A stretch of DNA of 64,000 nt from Mageeibacillus sp. UBA5747 (GTDB lineage: Bacteria; Bacillota; Clostridia; Saccharofermentanales; UBA5734). Positions 43,704 through 53,871 of this stretch are shown here, one piece after another. Below the pieces are notes generated by a model, which saw only the letters and a list, made by a program, of their open reading frames with translations, did not search any database and had not been told where the DNA came from. The stretch spans positions 12,584-76,583 of the forward strand of contig DIFN01000029.1 in the NCBI GenBank assembly GCA_002419145.1, given 5' to 3'. Made by a program: the position numbers and the translations under genes. Numbering within the stretch: the stretch's first letter is position 1; the number at the start of each line of letters is the position of its first letter.

Positions 43704-45623
43704 ATGCCTGCAGAAATGAGGTCCGTGATGCAGATTCTCCAGGGCCAAACGTATTTCCCAACCCGCGCTTTTAGGACCTTGCGCGAGATGATCGAGCAAA
43801 GTGCAGCGCTCTACGCCAATCGACCAGCATTCCGGTTCAGAAACCAGGTCGATGAGCCCATTTCGGTGCGGACGTATGCCGAATTCTGGCGCGAGATCAA
43901 TCAGCTGGGAACAGCCTTGCTGGCACTTGGCCTTGCCGGACGGAAAATCGCCGTGATCGGCGAAAACAGCTATGCCTGGTGCCTTCTGCACGCAGCCGTC
44001 GTCTGCGGGGTCGGGGTGGTGGTACCGCTGGACCGCTTGCTGCCGGAAGGTGAAATCATTGCCTCCCTGGCCCGGGGGCAAGTGGACGCCGTATTCTACG
44101 ACCCGTCTTTCCAGGCTTGCATGGAGGCTGCGAGAGACCAGGTTCCCAGCCTGACAGGCCTGATCACTTTGCGACCAGGTCGCCCCAGTGCCAGGCAGCC
44201 AGCTTTTTCACAGCCCCAGGCAGGGCTGCTGAGACAGTCGCCGGTGCAGGGCCCGGTGGAAAGGACTTGCCCATGGCTGCAACTGGATGAGCTCCTGTCT
44301 TGGGGCGCAGAGCTTGAACATGAAGGCAAGGCAACTCTGTCCCAGACCTCGATTGATCCCGACGCCCTGATGGCTCTGCTCTTTACCTCTGGCACGACCA
44401 GTGCGGCCAAGGCGGTCATGCTCAGCCAGCGCAATGTCTGCGCGGATATCCAGGCGGTTGCCAGTGTTGTCAAACTCTGGCCGGGCATTCGCATGCTCTC
44501 GGTCCTTCCGCTGCATCACACCTTTGAAAACACCTGCGGCCTCTACATTGGACTCTTTTACGGAGCTGAGATCCACGAGAGCGATGGTTTGCGCTACATC
44601 CAGAAAAACCTCCAAGACTATCATATTGATATGATCGTCGGTGTACCGGTTCTGTTCGAGAATTTCTACAACAAGGTCCAGGCGACCTTACAGAAAATAG
44701 GCAAAGACAAGCTGGTCCGGCGTCTGTTGCCGATCACCCAGGGGCTGAGAAAGATCGGCATCGATTTGCGGCGTGTCCTCTACAAGCAGATTCTCGCAGC
44801 CTTTGGCGGCAGCTTGCAACTTGGCATCTGCGGCGCTGCACCGATTGATCCGGAAATCATCCGTTTTTTCGATGCGATCGGCATTCACATCCTGCAGGGC
44901 TATGGCCTGACCGAGACCTCGCCGGTTGCAGCTGGATGCAATTCAAAGGTTTTCGTGCCTGGCACTGTCGGCCAGCCGATGGGTGGGACTGAGATCGCTG
45001 TCGACAGCGAGACACCGGGCGAGCCGGGTGAAATCCTCGTCCGCGGCCCGATCGTCATGCTGGGCTATTACCAGGACCCGGCGGCGACAGCAGAAGTCAT
45101 CGACCCGGAAGGCTGGTTCCACACCGGAGATATTGGCCGGATCGATCCGGCCACGGGTTGCCTCTCGATCACCGGACGCCAGAAATCCATGATCGTCCTC
45201 AAAAGCGGCAAAAAAGTCTTCCCTGAGGAGATCGAATACCTGCTCGGCCAGGACAAACTGATCAAGGAGTCCCTGGTCTGGGGCGAAGATGACGAAGGAG
45301 ATGTGGTGGTTGCAGCCAAAGTGGTCCTTGACCGGGACGTGCTCCAGGAGAAGCTGGGGCAGGATGTTTCTGAGCACCAGATCCAGGCTCATCTCGACCA
45401 GCTAATTCGCGAAATCAACAGCCTGCTCCCAACTTTCAAAGGGATTCGCCAGTACGTGTTCAGTTTCCAGGATATGGTCAAGACGACGACCCTGAAGATT
45501 AAACGGCCGATCGAAATCGCCGGCATCCACGACTGGCTCGACCGCCGCAAGCTGCGTCTCAAAGACATCGCCGGGCGCAACATCGACCGGAATCACGACA
45601 AGGAAGATAAGAAAGATGACTAA
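43704..45623 (+). CDS. long-chain fatty-acid--CoA ligase (AMP-binding family)
   Basis: AMP motif LFTSGTTSAAKAVMLSQRN, GYGLTETS, and HTGDIG...GRQKSMIVLKSGKKVFPEEIE. The start is ambiguous between 43704, 43716 and 43728; the last has GAGG 6 nt upstream. Confidence 0.85.
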   Translation: MPAEMRSVMQILQGQTYFPTRAFRTLREMIEQSAALYANRPAFRFRNQVDEPISVRTYAEFWREINQLGTALLALGLAGRKIAVIGENSYAWCLLHAAVVCGVGVVVPLDRLLPEGEIIASLARGQVDAVFYDPSFQACMEAARDQVPSLTGLITLRPGRPSARQPAFSQPQAGLLRQSPVQGPVERTCPWLQLDELLSWGAELEHEGKATLSQTSIDPDALMALLFTSGTTSAAKAVMLSQRNVCADIQAVASVVKLWPGIRMLSVLPLHHTFENTCGLYIGLFYGAEIHESDGLRYIQKNLQDYHIDMIVGVPVLFENFYNKVQATLQKIGKDKLVRRLLPITQGLRKIGIDLRRVLYKQILAAFGGSLQLGICGAAPIDPEIIRFFDAIGIHILQGYGLTETSPVAAGCNSKVFVPGTVGQPMGGTEIAVDSETPGEPGEILVRGPIVMLGYYQDPAATAEVIDPEGWFHTGDIGRIDPATGCLSITGRQKSMIVLKSGKKVFPEEIEYLLGQDKLIKESLVWGEDDEGDVVVAAKVVLDRDVLQEKLGQDVSEHQIQAHLDQLIREINSLLPTFKGIRQYVFSFQDMVKTTTLKIKRPIEIAGIHDWLDRRKLRLKDIAGRNIDRNHDKEDKKDD

Positions 45624-46794
45624 AACGAGTGCGCTGATCCGTTTTTTTATAAAGAATGCTGACCATACAACCAATCCAGTGGTCCGCGAAAGCTATGGGC
45701 GTTTTGCCAGCGTGGTTGGCATTGCCACGAACTTGCTTCTGTTCGGAGCCAAACTGGCTGTCGGGCTGGTTTTTAACAGTCTGGCCATCACAGCCGATGC
45801 CATCAATAACCTGTCTGATTCGAGCTCATCGCTGATCACGCTGGCCGGTTTCAAGATGTCCGGCAAACCTGCCGATGAAAAACATCCTTATGGTCATGAG
45901 CGAATCGAATACATCGCCGGTCTGATTGTATCCTTCCTGATTTTGTCCTTGGGTTTTCAACTTTTACAGACAGCCATCGGCAAAATTCTGCACCCCGAGC
46001 CATCTGAATTCAACTGGTTGTCTGTAGTGGTTTTGGTTGCTTCCATCGCTGCCAAATTCTGGCAGATGCGATTTTACCGCACCATCGGACGCACCATTGA
46101 TTCGGTCACTCTTCAGGCAACCGCTGCTGACAGCCGTAATGATGTGCTGGCCACGTCTGCTGTGCTCTTGTCGCTTTTGATTTCACGGTTGACTGGAATT
46201 GAGCTCGATGGTTTCATGGGCGCTGCGGTCGCTCTTTTCATCATGGTCAGCGGCATCAAATTGATCATGGAAACGGTCAGCCCTCTGCTTGGGGCCGGCC
46301 CAGACCGGGAGCTGGTTGACCGGATTAACGAACGGATCCACAGCTACCCAGGTGTTCTTGGTTTGCATGATTTGGCCATCCACAATTATGGCCCGACGAA
46401 GTGCTATGCCACGGTTCATTGTGAAATCTCAGCTGACATGGATTCGATGCGCAGCCATGACCTGATCGACAACATCGAGCGCGATTTCCTGGCTGACTTG
46501 GGAATCAACCTGGTCATCCACATGGATCCGGTCCGTCTCAATGATCCCGAAACCCAGAAATTGCGCACCGTAGCAGAAGGCGTGCTCAGTCAGATCGCGC
46601 CGGGACTTTCCCTGCATGATTTCCGGGTGGTCCATGGGATCAGCCATTCCAACCTGATTTTTGATGTGACAGTTCCCTATTCACTGGCAGAATCCGACGA
46701 TGATCTGATTCTCGAGATCAAATCAGCCATTTCCAGCGTCAATCCCCAGTGGCGTTGTGTGATCCAAGTCGATCGCGGTTATGCCCACAGCTAA
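45616..46794 (+). CDS. cation diffusion facilitator (CDF) family transporter
   Basis: 392 aa. SLAITADAINNLSDSSSS...HPYGHERIEY is the CDF signature. It overlaps the ligase gene by 8 nt. Confidence 0.85.
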   Translation: MTKTSALIRFFIKNADHTTNPVVRESYGRFASVVGIATNLLLFGAKLAVGLVFNSLAITADAINNLSDSSSSLITLAGFKMSGKPADEKHPYGHERIEYIAGLIVSFLILSLGFQLLQTAIGKILHPEPSEFNWLSVVVLVASIAAKFWQMRFYRTIGRTIDSVTLQATAADSRNDVLATSAVLLSLLISRLTGIELDGFMGAAVALFIMVSGIKLIMETVSPLLGAGPDRELVDRINERIHSYPGVLGLHDLAIHNYGPTKCYATVHCEISADMDSMRSHDLIDNIERDFLADLGINLVIHMDPVRLNDPETQKLRTVAEGVLSQIAPGLSLHDFRVVHGISHSNLIFDVTVPYSLAESDDDLILEIKSAISSVNPQWRCVIQVDRGYAHS

Positions 46795-48373
46795 GTCCGA
46801 GCATCGGCAAACGGTCCAGATCGCTGCGGATGGTATTGCGACCTCCGGTGGCAACAACCATTCCCGCAGCTACCTGCGCTTGCTGGTTGTTGCAGCTGCT
46901 GTTCTGGCCCAGCTGGTCCTGATCTGGCTTTTCGTCATCAATCTCCGCGATCATTTCACAAGCCTGTACGTCATCCTGGAAATCTTGGCGCTGATCCAGG
47001 TGCTCTACTTGGTCAGCAAGAATGAATCATCTGCCTACACTTTTGCCTGGACCGTGATCATCATGATCCTGCCGGTTTTTGGCGAGGTCTTGTATCTGCT
47101 CTGGGGTCGGTCCGGCCAATCAAGCCGCTCCGGGCGTCGGGTCATGAAAATTTTTTCGCACCGCCCGCATTGGCTTAAAAGCAATCCGGACATCTTGTCT
47201 CGCCTCAGCCAGTCTTTTCCGCCGTGGCGCCGACTCGTGATATATCTCGAAAACCAGGGATTCCCTGTGTACGAAGGTACAGCCTGCACCTATTACCCGC
47301 TCGGTGAACTTCAATTTTCTGATCTGCGCCGCGATCTTGAATCAGCGGAACGGTTTATTTTTTTGGAGTATTTCATTATTTCCGCTGGCCTGGTCTGGGA
47401 TGAAATCCATGCAATCCTGCGCCAAAAAGCCGCTGCAGGAGTCGAAGTCCGGATCCTGTATGATGATGCCGGCAGCATGGTCACCGTGCCTGACCGTTTC
47501 TGCGAAACCTTGGCAGTCGAAAACATCCAGGCCATCGCTTATAGTCAGGTCCAGAAAGGTCTTGTCCATCTCTACCTCAATCATCGCAACCACCAGAAGA
47601 TTGCCGTGATCGATGGCCAGATTGGTTATACGGGCGGTACCAATCTAGCCGATGAATATGCCAATCTGTATCCACGGTTTGGTCATTGGAAAGATACGGC
47701 GATTCGTCTCGAAGGCGATGCGGTCTGGAGTCTGACGGTCATTTTTCTGGAGATGTGGCAATCGCAAACTCATAAGAGTGAAGACTACCACCGGTACCGT
47801 CCCGTGGCACCGGTCCTGGGAGCTGGCTTTTTCCAGCCTTTTGCCGATGGTCCGGTCAACAATCCGATCAATCCAGCCGAGCAGGTCTATCGCCAGATCA
47901 TTTCCAGCGCCCGGGACTATGTCTACATCACCACACCTTATCTGGTCATCGATGAATTCATGATGGATGCCCTCTGCCAGGCCGCCCTGGGCGGCGTCGA
48001 TGTCCGGATTGCCACGCCCCGGATCTGGGACAAATGGTACGTCCACAAGGTCACCCGGTCCAATTATCACCGGCTGGTGGCCGCCGGGGTCAAAGTCTTC
48101 GAGTATCTGCCCGGGTTCCTGCATGCCAAGACCATCCTGAGTGATGATGACCTCTGCGTCACCGGCACGATCAATTTGGACTACCGCAGTTTTCATCTCC
48201 AGTTCGAAGATGGGGTCCTGATCTGCGGCGCTCCAGTTCTGGATGACATCAAGCGGGATCTGCTGGCTATTTTTGCCATCAGCGAACCCGTCACACTGAG
48301 CCAGCTCAAGCACGTCCGCCTGCCGGAACGGTTGCTGCAGGCTTTCTTGCGCTTGTTTGCACCGCTTTTTTAA
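46781..48373 (+). CDS. cls: cardiolipin synthase (two HKD motifs)
   Basis: 530 aa with N-terminal TM helices. HKD motifs HQKIAVIDGQIGYTGGTNLADEY and LHAKTILSDDDLCVTGTINLDYRSF. It overlaps the CDF gene by 14 nt. Confidence 0.9.
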   Translation: MPTAKSEHRQTVQIAADGIATSGGNNHSRSYLRLLVVAAAVLAQLVLIWLFVINLRDHFTSLYVILEILALIQVLYLVSKNESSAYTFAWTVIIMILPVFGEVLYLLWGRSGQSSRSGRRVMKIFSHRPHWLKSNPDILSRLSQSFPPWRRLVIYLENQGFPVYEGTACTYYPLGELQFSDLRRDLESAERFIFLEYFIISAGLVWDEIHAILRQKAAAGVEVRILYDDAGSMVTVPDRFCETLAVENIQAIAYSQVQKGLVHLYLNHRNHQKIAVIDGQIGYTGGTNLADEYANLYPRFGHWKDTAIRLEGDAVWSLTVIFLEMWQSQTHKSEDYHRYRPVAPVLGAGFFQPFADGPVNNPINPAEQVYRQIISSARDYVYITTPYLVIDEFMMDALCQAALGGVDVRIATPRIWDKWYVHKVTRSNYHRLVAAGVKVFEYLPGFLHAKTILSDDDLCVTGTINLDYRSFHLQFEDGVLICGAPVLDDIKRDLLAIFAISEPVTLSQLKHVRLPERLLQAFLRLFAPLF

Positions 48374-48546
48374 CGGTCAACAGCAGCGAGAGGGGTTCAA
48401 CGGCTGTAAGTCAAGATTGAGCATATCATTGTATATTTTTGATTGTTTCCTTGAGTATTTTATCGAATTTCCCCTGCACAACTGGTTTGTTTAGGGTATA
48501 CTTAGTTATATTCGGCTTTATCGCCAACCATTTCGAGGGGGATACC

Positions 48547-48969
48547 ATGGGAAAAAACCAAGATTGCTTTTACTGCATGAAGGATGAACGCCAGACGGCG
48601 TTGATGCTAAAGGTTGCCGATTTGTCTGTATCTGAGCTCTTTTTCTTCAAGGAACAGACCCATCCCGGTCGCTGTATTGTCGCTTTCAAGGGTCACGCCA
48701 AGGAAATTTTTGATCTTTCGCCTGCGGATCAGGCTGCTTTCAGCGCCGATGTGGCCCGGGCTGCCCTGGCGATCCAGACGGTGTACCAGCCAGCCAAAAT
48801 CAATTACGGTGCTTTTGGCGACAAATTGCCCCACCTGCACCTGCACCTTGTTCCCAAATATGTCGATCAGGCATCCTGGGGTGGCATGTTTGAAATGAAC
48901 CCGGGCAAGGTCTACCTGAGTGATGACGACTATGCAGCCCAGATCGAGGCTTTGAAAAAGGCCCTGTAA
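48547..48969 (+). CDS. HIT-family protein
   Basis: 140 aa starting at ATG 48547 behind GAGGGGG. Histidine triad PHLHLHLVP. Confidence 0.8.
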   Translation: MGKNQDCFYCMKDERQTALMLKVADLSVSELFFFKEQTHPGRCIVAFKGHAKEIFDLSPADQAAFSADVARAALAIQTVYQPAKINYGAFGDKLPHLHLHLVPKYVDQASWGGMFEMNPGKVYLSDDDYAAQIEALKKAL

Positions 48970-48999
48970 GAATCGCTTCACGCCAACTCATTTCTCCGC

Positions 49000-49030
49000 G
49001 ACCATCTCCCGTGAGGTGGTCGTTTTTTTA
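49000..49030 (+). terminator. Rho-independent terminator after the HIT gene
   Basis: Stem GACCATCTC / GAGGTGGTC (9 bp with one G-U pair), loop CCGT, then a T7 run. Confidence 0.8.
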
Positions 49031-49114
49031 TTGGCACAGTTCAGCTTTGAACTGGAGTGAGATCGATCAACTGTGGTAGAATTCCATTAGTTTGCATATG
49101 AGGTGATTAAACCT

Positions 49115-50380
49115 ATGGCTTCCCCGCAACTGGGCCAGAAGCGTGCGTCTCCGGAGCATCAGCGCTCGATCTGGATTTTCTATGCCGTTCTGGCGGCAGC
49201 TGCCATCGGCACGGGTTTTTCCGACAGCCTGTTTTCCAACTATTTCAAGGATGCCTACCAGGTCACAGCTCTCCAACGCGGCCTGATTGAGTTCCCGCGC
49301 GAATTGCCCGGCGTCCTGTCGATCTTCCTGGTCTCGATCCTGGCTTTCATGGGAGATCTCCGCCTGGCCATGCTGGCTCATACTCTGATCGCGCTAGGCC
49401 TGACGTTGCTCGGAGTCCTGACACCGCCCTACCTCGTGATGCTGATGATCATTTTCTTTCATTCGATTGGCCAGCATCTCTGGTTTCCGCTCCAGAACAG
49501 CGTCGGCATGAGCTTGATTCATGACGAAGCGAATGCCGGACGCCTGATTGGTCGCTTCAATGGGGTCAGCACCGCCTTTGGCATGCTGGCCTCGCTGCTG
49601 GTTTTCTTTGCCTTCCGAACGGGGTTGTTCAGCTTTACATCCACGATCAAGACCACATTCCTGATCGGCGGTGTTGCTTCGCTGACTGTCGTCGGGCTGC
49701 TTTACAAGCTCGACCGCCACCGCAACCAGACCTCTGGGAGGACATCGGATGGCCAGGCGGCTGTTAAAGGGTTGCCTCGGCCAAAATTCGTCTTTCGCTG
49801 GCAGTACCGGAATTACTATGTCCTGGCGATCATTTTCGGAGTGCAAAAGCAGATCATGATGGTCTATGCGCCCTGGGTCCTGATCGACTTGCTGGGCAAA
49901 AAGGCTGACACCCTTTCGTTGCTCCTGATGCTCGGTTCATTCGCCGGCATCTTCTTCACCCCTGCATTGGGCCGCTGGATCGACCGGTACGGCATCCGCA
50001 AAATGCTTTTTCTGGATGCTTATTCTTTCATCGGTGTCTACATCGCTTACGGTTTCCTGGCTTCCGGATTCACCTCCGGTGTCCTGCCCAAAACAGGCTG
50101 GGCTGTGCTCGCCCTGTATACCCTTTTCATCCTGGACCGCATGTCAATGCAGATGGGCATGGTCAGAAGCCTCTATCTGCGTTCAATTGCCGTGACACCT
50201 GAGGACATTTCGCCAACGCTCGTCACCGGACAGAGCATGGATCATGTCGTTTCGATCACCATGGCGACCTTGGGCGGGGTCATCTGGACCACCATCGGCC
50301 CTGCATACGTCTTTTTCATCGCTGCTGCTCTCTCCCTGGCCAATCTGTTCGTCGCGATCCGGGTCAAGGACAAAGTCTGA
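49115..50380 (+). CDS. MFS transporter
   Basis: 421 aa starting at ATG 49115 behind GAGGTGA. About 12 hydrophobic segments. Confidence 0.8.
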   Translation: MASPQLGQKRASPEHQRSIWIFYAVLAAAAIGTGFSDSLFSNYFKDAYQVTALQRGLIEFPRELPGVLSIFLVSILAFMGDLRLAMLAHTLIALGLTLLGVLTPPYLVMLMIIFFHSIGQHLWFPLQNSVGMSLIHDEANAGRLIGRFNGVSTAFGMLASLLVFFAFRTGLFSFTSTIKTTFLIGGVASLTVVGLLYKLDRHRNQTSGRTSDGQAAVKGLPRPKFVFRWQYRNYYVLAIIFGVQKQIMMVYAPWVLIDLLGKKADTLSLLLMLGSFAGIFFTPALGRWIDRYGIRKMLFLDAYSFIGVYIAYGFLASGFTSGVLPKTGWAVLALYTLFILDRMSMQMGMVRSLYLRSIAVTPEDISPTLVTGQSMDHVVSITMATLGGVIWTTIGPAYVFFIAAALSLANLFVAIRVKDKV

Positions 50381-50471
50381 CAAAGCAGCCATCCGGTCAG
50401 ATCGCGCATCGTAACGAAAGAGCTGATCGTCAGATCCGCAAAAGCAGGAGCTGAATCAGGTCGAGTCGGGT

Positions 50472-51824
50472 TTATGCCAGAGTCTGGGTTTCGAACCAGA
50501 AGCGGATCTGGTGGTTCTGGCTTTCGACGCCATAAGCGACGCCGTGCTGCTCGAGAATGCTGCGCACGATGGCCAGGCCAAGGCCGGTGCCAAGGCGACG
50601 ATCGTCGCGAACCTGGCCGGAGCGATGGTAACGGTCCCAGATTTTTTTCAACTCGTCCGCCGGGATTGTCTCGCCCTGATTGATCACTTCGATCCGGCTC
50701 TTCGCACCAGCTGGCCGGACATTGATCTGGATGACACTGTCCGGATCGGCATAATTGATTGCATTAGCGACCAGATTGGTCAGGATCTGCTCGAACTGAG
50801 CGGGATCAAAGCGGATGTCGCCCGCTGTGCCTGCCAAGTCAAGGGTGAGTCCGCGGGCTGCTGCTTCCAGTTCAAAGCGCATTTGAACCGACATCAAAAC
50901 TGGGCCAGCGGCAAATACCTGGCTGCTTGGCGGCCGGACCCCTGCCTGGAGTTTGGAGTATTCCAGGATATCACCGACCACCCGGGTCAGGCGGGAAGCT
51001 TCGTCGGCGATCAGGGTCAGCTGCTCGCTGCGTTTCTTCTCATCCGGCCAGGTCACATCGCGGACGGTTTCGGCGTAGCCCTGGATCACGGTCAGCGGGG
51101 AGCGCAGTTCGTGTGAGACATTGGCGATCAGCTCGCGGCGCAACGTTTCCGTCACCTGCAGTTGCTGGCCCAGCTCATTGAGAGCCGTGGACAATTCGGC
51201 GATTTCATCTTGGCCTTTGACCGTCAAATGGGTCTCGTATTCTCCGGTGGCCAGTTTGCGGGCGGCAGCAGTCGCGGCGAGGATGGGCCGGCTCAAGGTC
51301 CGGGACAAAACCAGGGCCAGGATGGTTGCAGCCAGAGCCAGGACCACTGTGATCAACGACAGCTGGCTTCTGAGGACCCGGGCAGCCGTGTCGACCGCAT
51401 TCAGGGGTAGCAAGGCAAAGACGGCGCCCCCTTGCGGCAGCGACTGGCCGACCAGGGCATAGCGCAGGGTGCTGTCGCTGCCACTGATGATTTTACTCGC
51501 AGGAAAATCACCCAGCTGGAACATGGTTTGCACATGGCGCAGTGCCATTCCCATCATTGGCATCCGGGTTGAGGTGTTGACCAGATCGCCCGACGCATCG
51601 AGTACCAGGATCGTGGCGCCGGTTTTCTCACTCAGGGATGTGACGTCCAGCGTATGGGTCTGGGCTGCTTCTGAGACCGCCAGCTGGGCGTCTGCAATCA
51701 ACTGGTTGAGGTAGGAGTCGCGCATCAGGCCTGCCTGGATCAGCCACAGCAGGCCCACCGTGAGGGCCGCCATGGCTAGAAAGCTGGCAAAGAACTTGAA
51801 CAACAGATGGCGGCGCGGCAACAT
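50472..51824 (-). CDS. sensor histidine kinase
   Basis: 450 aa with 2 TM helices and a HAMP domain. H-box VSHELRSPLTVIQGY, N box NLVANAINYA, G box GTGLGLAIV. Confidence 0.9.
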   Translation of the reverse strand: MLPRRHLLFKFFASFLAMAALTVGLLWLIQAGLMRDSYLNQLIADAQLAVSEAAQTHTLDVTSLSEKTGATILVLDASGDLVNTSTRMPMMGMALRHVQTMFQLGDFPASKIISGSDSTLRYALVGQSLPQGGAVFALLPLNAVDTAARVLRSQLSLITVVLALAATILALVLSRTLSRPILAATAAARKLATGEYETHLTVKGQDEIAELSTALNELGQQLQVTETLRRELIANVSHELRSPLTVIQGYAETVRDVTWPDEKKRSEQLTLIADEASRLTRVVGDILEYSKLQAGVRPPSSQVFAAGPVLMSVQMRFELEAAARGLTLDLAGTAGDIRFDPAQFEQILTNLVANAINYADPDSVIQINVRPAGAKSRIEVINQGETIPADELKKIWDRYHRSGQVRDDRRLGTGLGLAIVRSILEQHGVAYGVESQNHQIRFWFETQTLA

Positions 51825-52498
51825 CAGACGTCTCCTGCTTCGAAGCGGTAACCAGTTCCCCAGACGGTGGCCACCAGATGGCGATAAGGGGCGATTTTGT
51901 CGCGCAGGCTCCGGACATGCGTATCCACAGTGCGAGCATCGCCGAAATAATCGTAGCCCCAGATGTGGTTGAGAAGCTGGTCGCGGGTGAAGACCTGGCG
52001 CGGCCGCGACATCAGGAAGGCCAGGAGGTCGAACTCTTTGGGCGTCAAGGCCACCGGCTGGCCGTCGACAAAGGCCTGGTGCGAGGCCAGGTCGACCTTG
52101 AGGCCCTCCACCTCGTGGACCTGGCTGGCGGTGGCTGTGGCACCGGAGCGTTTGAGCAAGGCTTTCATCCGGGCCACCAGCTCGCGCGGGCTGAATGGTT
52201 TGCTGACATAGTCATCGACCCCCAGTTCAAAACCCAGCAGGCGATCATATTCCTCACTGCGGGCAGTCAGCATGATCACTGGGACGTTGCTATCTTCACG
52301 AATGCGCCGCAGGGTGCCCCAGCCATCGAGCTTGGGCATCATGACATCCAGCAGGATCAGGTCAAAGGACCCAGCCATGAAGGCTGCGATGGCTTCCTCC
52401 CCATCGCCTGCTTCCGTGAACTGCCAGTTCTCCGTGCGCGAATATTCCATCACCAGATTGCGAATGCGGGGGTCATCGTCAACGAGCAGAATGTTCAT
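51824..52498 (-). CDS. OmpR-family response regulator
   Basis: 224 aa. ILLVDDD...DLILLDVMMPKLDG receiver domain and a winged helix (VATVWGTGYRF). It overlaps the kinase gene by 1 nt. Confidence 0.9.
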   Translation of the reverse strand: MNILLVDDDPRIRNLVMEYSRTENWQFTEAGDGEEAIAAFMAGSFDLILLDVMMPKLDGWGTLRRIREDSNVPVIMLTARSEEYDRLLGFELGVDDYVSKPFSPRELVARMKALLKRSGATATASQVHEVEGLKVDLASHQAFVDGQPVALTPKEFDLLAFLMSRPRQVFTRDQLLNHIWGYDYFGDARTVDTHVRSLRDKIAPYRHLVATVWGTGYRFEAGDV

Positions 52499-52501
52499 GG
52501 A

Positions 52502-53743
52502 TCACGCCTTTCTGGCAAAAAGCCGGTTGATCGCTTCGGTGCTGATCAACAGCGCCAAGATCAGAAGGATAACAATCGGCATCAGCAAGGTCAGGGAGAT
52601 GCGAGTCGCAATCCAGCCGGTGACCGGCGGAAACAATAAGATCCCCACATAAGCTGAGGCCATCTGGAACCCGATGATGCGCTGAGAATGATAATTGCCA
52701 AAGCGAGCGGGTGTCTCATGGATCATACCTGGGAAAACCGGGGCAAATCCCAGGCCGACCAGAATGAATCCAAGCTGGCCTGCAACCGATGCCCCGGCCA
52801 GAAAAATCAGGCAAGCGCCCAGCAAGCTTATAAAAATGCCGACACGGATCAGGGTGTGTGTCTTATAGCGGAACGTTAAAAATCCTGTCAGGAAACGGCC
52901 GCCCATGATACCGCCGAAATAGCTGGCCACATAGTTGCCTGCTTGTTCCACAGCCATTCCATGCACTTGGACCATGAGGCTGCCCCCCCACAAGCCCATG
53001 GAAACCTCAGCGCCGCAATAAAAGAAAAAGGCGAGTAAAGCCAGCAGCAGGCCGGGGGTCTTGAACACATGGAGTTTGCTGCCAGCAGTGGCTGTTTCAG
53101 GACCGATCAGCTCTCGTTCTGCCAGAGCCAACCCTTCTCCGGACGTCGCGGTTTCCATGGTTTCAGGCTGGATCGGGTGTGAAGGCAGCTTTTTTTTCAC
53201 TTTATCCCACAGCGGAAGGCTCAGGAGCAGCACACCTGCGAGGACCAGCTGCAGGGTGGCGATGGTTTGATAGCCGGTGCGCCAGTTGCCAGTCCGGCTG
53301 ATGATCCGGGCCAGGATCACTGGGCTCAAGGTGGCGCCCATGCCCCAGAAGCTATGTAGCCAGTTCATGTGATGGGCCTTGTAATGCATGGCAACATAGC
53401 TGTTGAGGCCGGCATCGACGGACCCGGCACCCAGGCCGAGGGGAATTGCAAAGATAAGCAGCCACAGCAAAGAGGGCGCCAAGGCAAAGCCTAAGAGGGA
53501 AAGCCCCGTCAGCAGGGTGCTGGCAAAATTGACTCTGCCGGTGCCAAAACGGCCCAGAACCGTGCCACTCAAAAGGCTCGATACAATGGTGCCCGCGGTC
53601 ACGACGATCGAGATCATGCCAGCCGAGCCGATCGAAACGCCCAGTTCCGGGTACATCGCCGGCCAGGCAGTACCCAAGGCCGCATCCGGCAAGCCGAGGC
53701 TGATAAAAGACAAAAAGATGATGATCAGTAAGAGCTGGGCCAT
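52502..53743 (-). CDS. MFS transporter
   Basis: 413 aa starting at ATG 53743 behind GGAGGA. The stop lies 3 nt before the response-regulator ATG. Confidence 0.8.
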   Translation of the reverse strand: MAQLLLIIIFLSFISLGLPDAALGTAWPAMYPELGVSIGSAGMISIVVTAGTIVSSLLSGTVLGRFGTGRVNFASTLLTGLSLLGFALAPSLLWLLIFAIPLGLGAGSVDAGLNSYVAMHYKAHHMNWLHSFWGMGATLSPVILARIISRTGNWRTGYQTIATLQLVLAGVLLLSLPLWDKVKKKLPSHPIQPETMETATSGEGLALAERELIGPETATAGSKLHVFKTPGLLLALLAFFFYCGAEVSMGLWGGSLMVQVHGMAVEQAGNYVASYFGGIMGGRFLTGFLTFRYKTHTLIRVGIFISLLGACLIFLAGASVAGQLGFILVGLGFAPVFPGMIHETPARFGNYHSQRIIGFQMASAYVGILLFPPVTGWIATRISLTLLMPIVILLILALLISTEAINRLFARKA

Positions 53744-53871
53744 AGGGTTCCTCCATATTGGTAGCAAATAGGTCCAGCCCACTTGTTGACTCAGTGGCTG
53801 AAAGTTACACTGTTCACGATACACGACCATGCAATGTCAATCAAGCAAAGATCGTTTAACAGGAGATAGCC

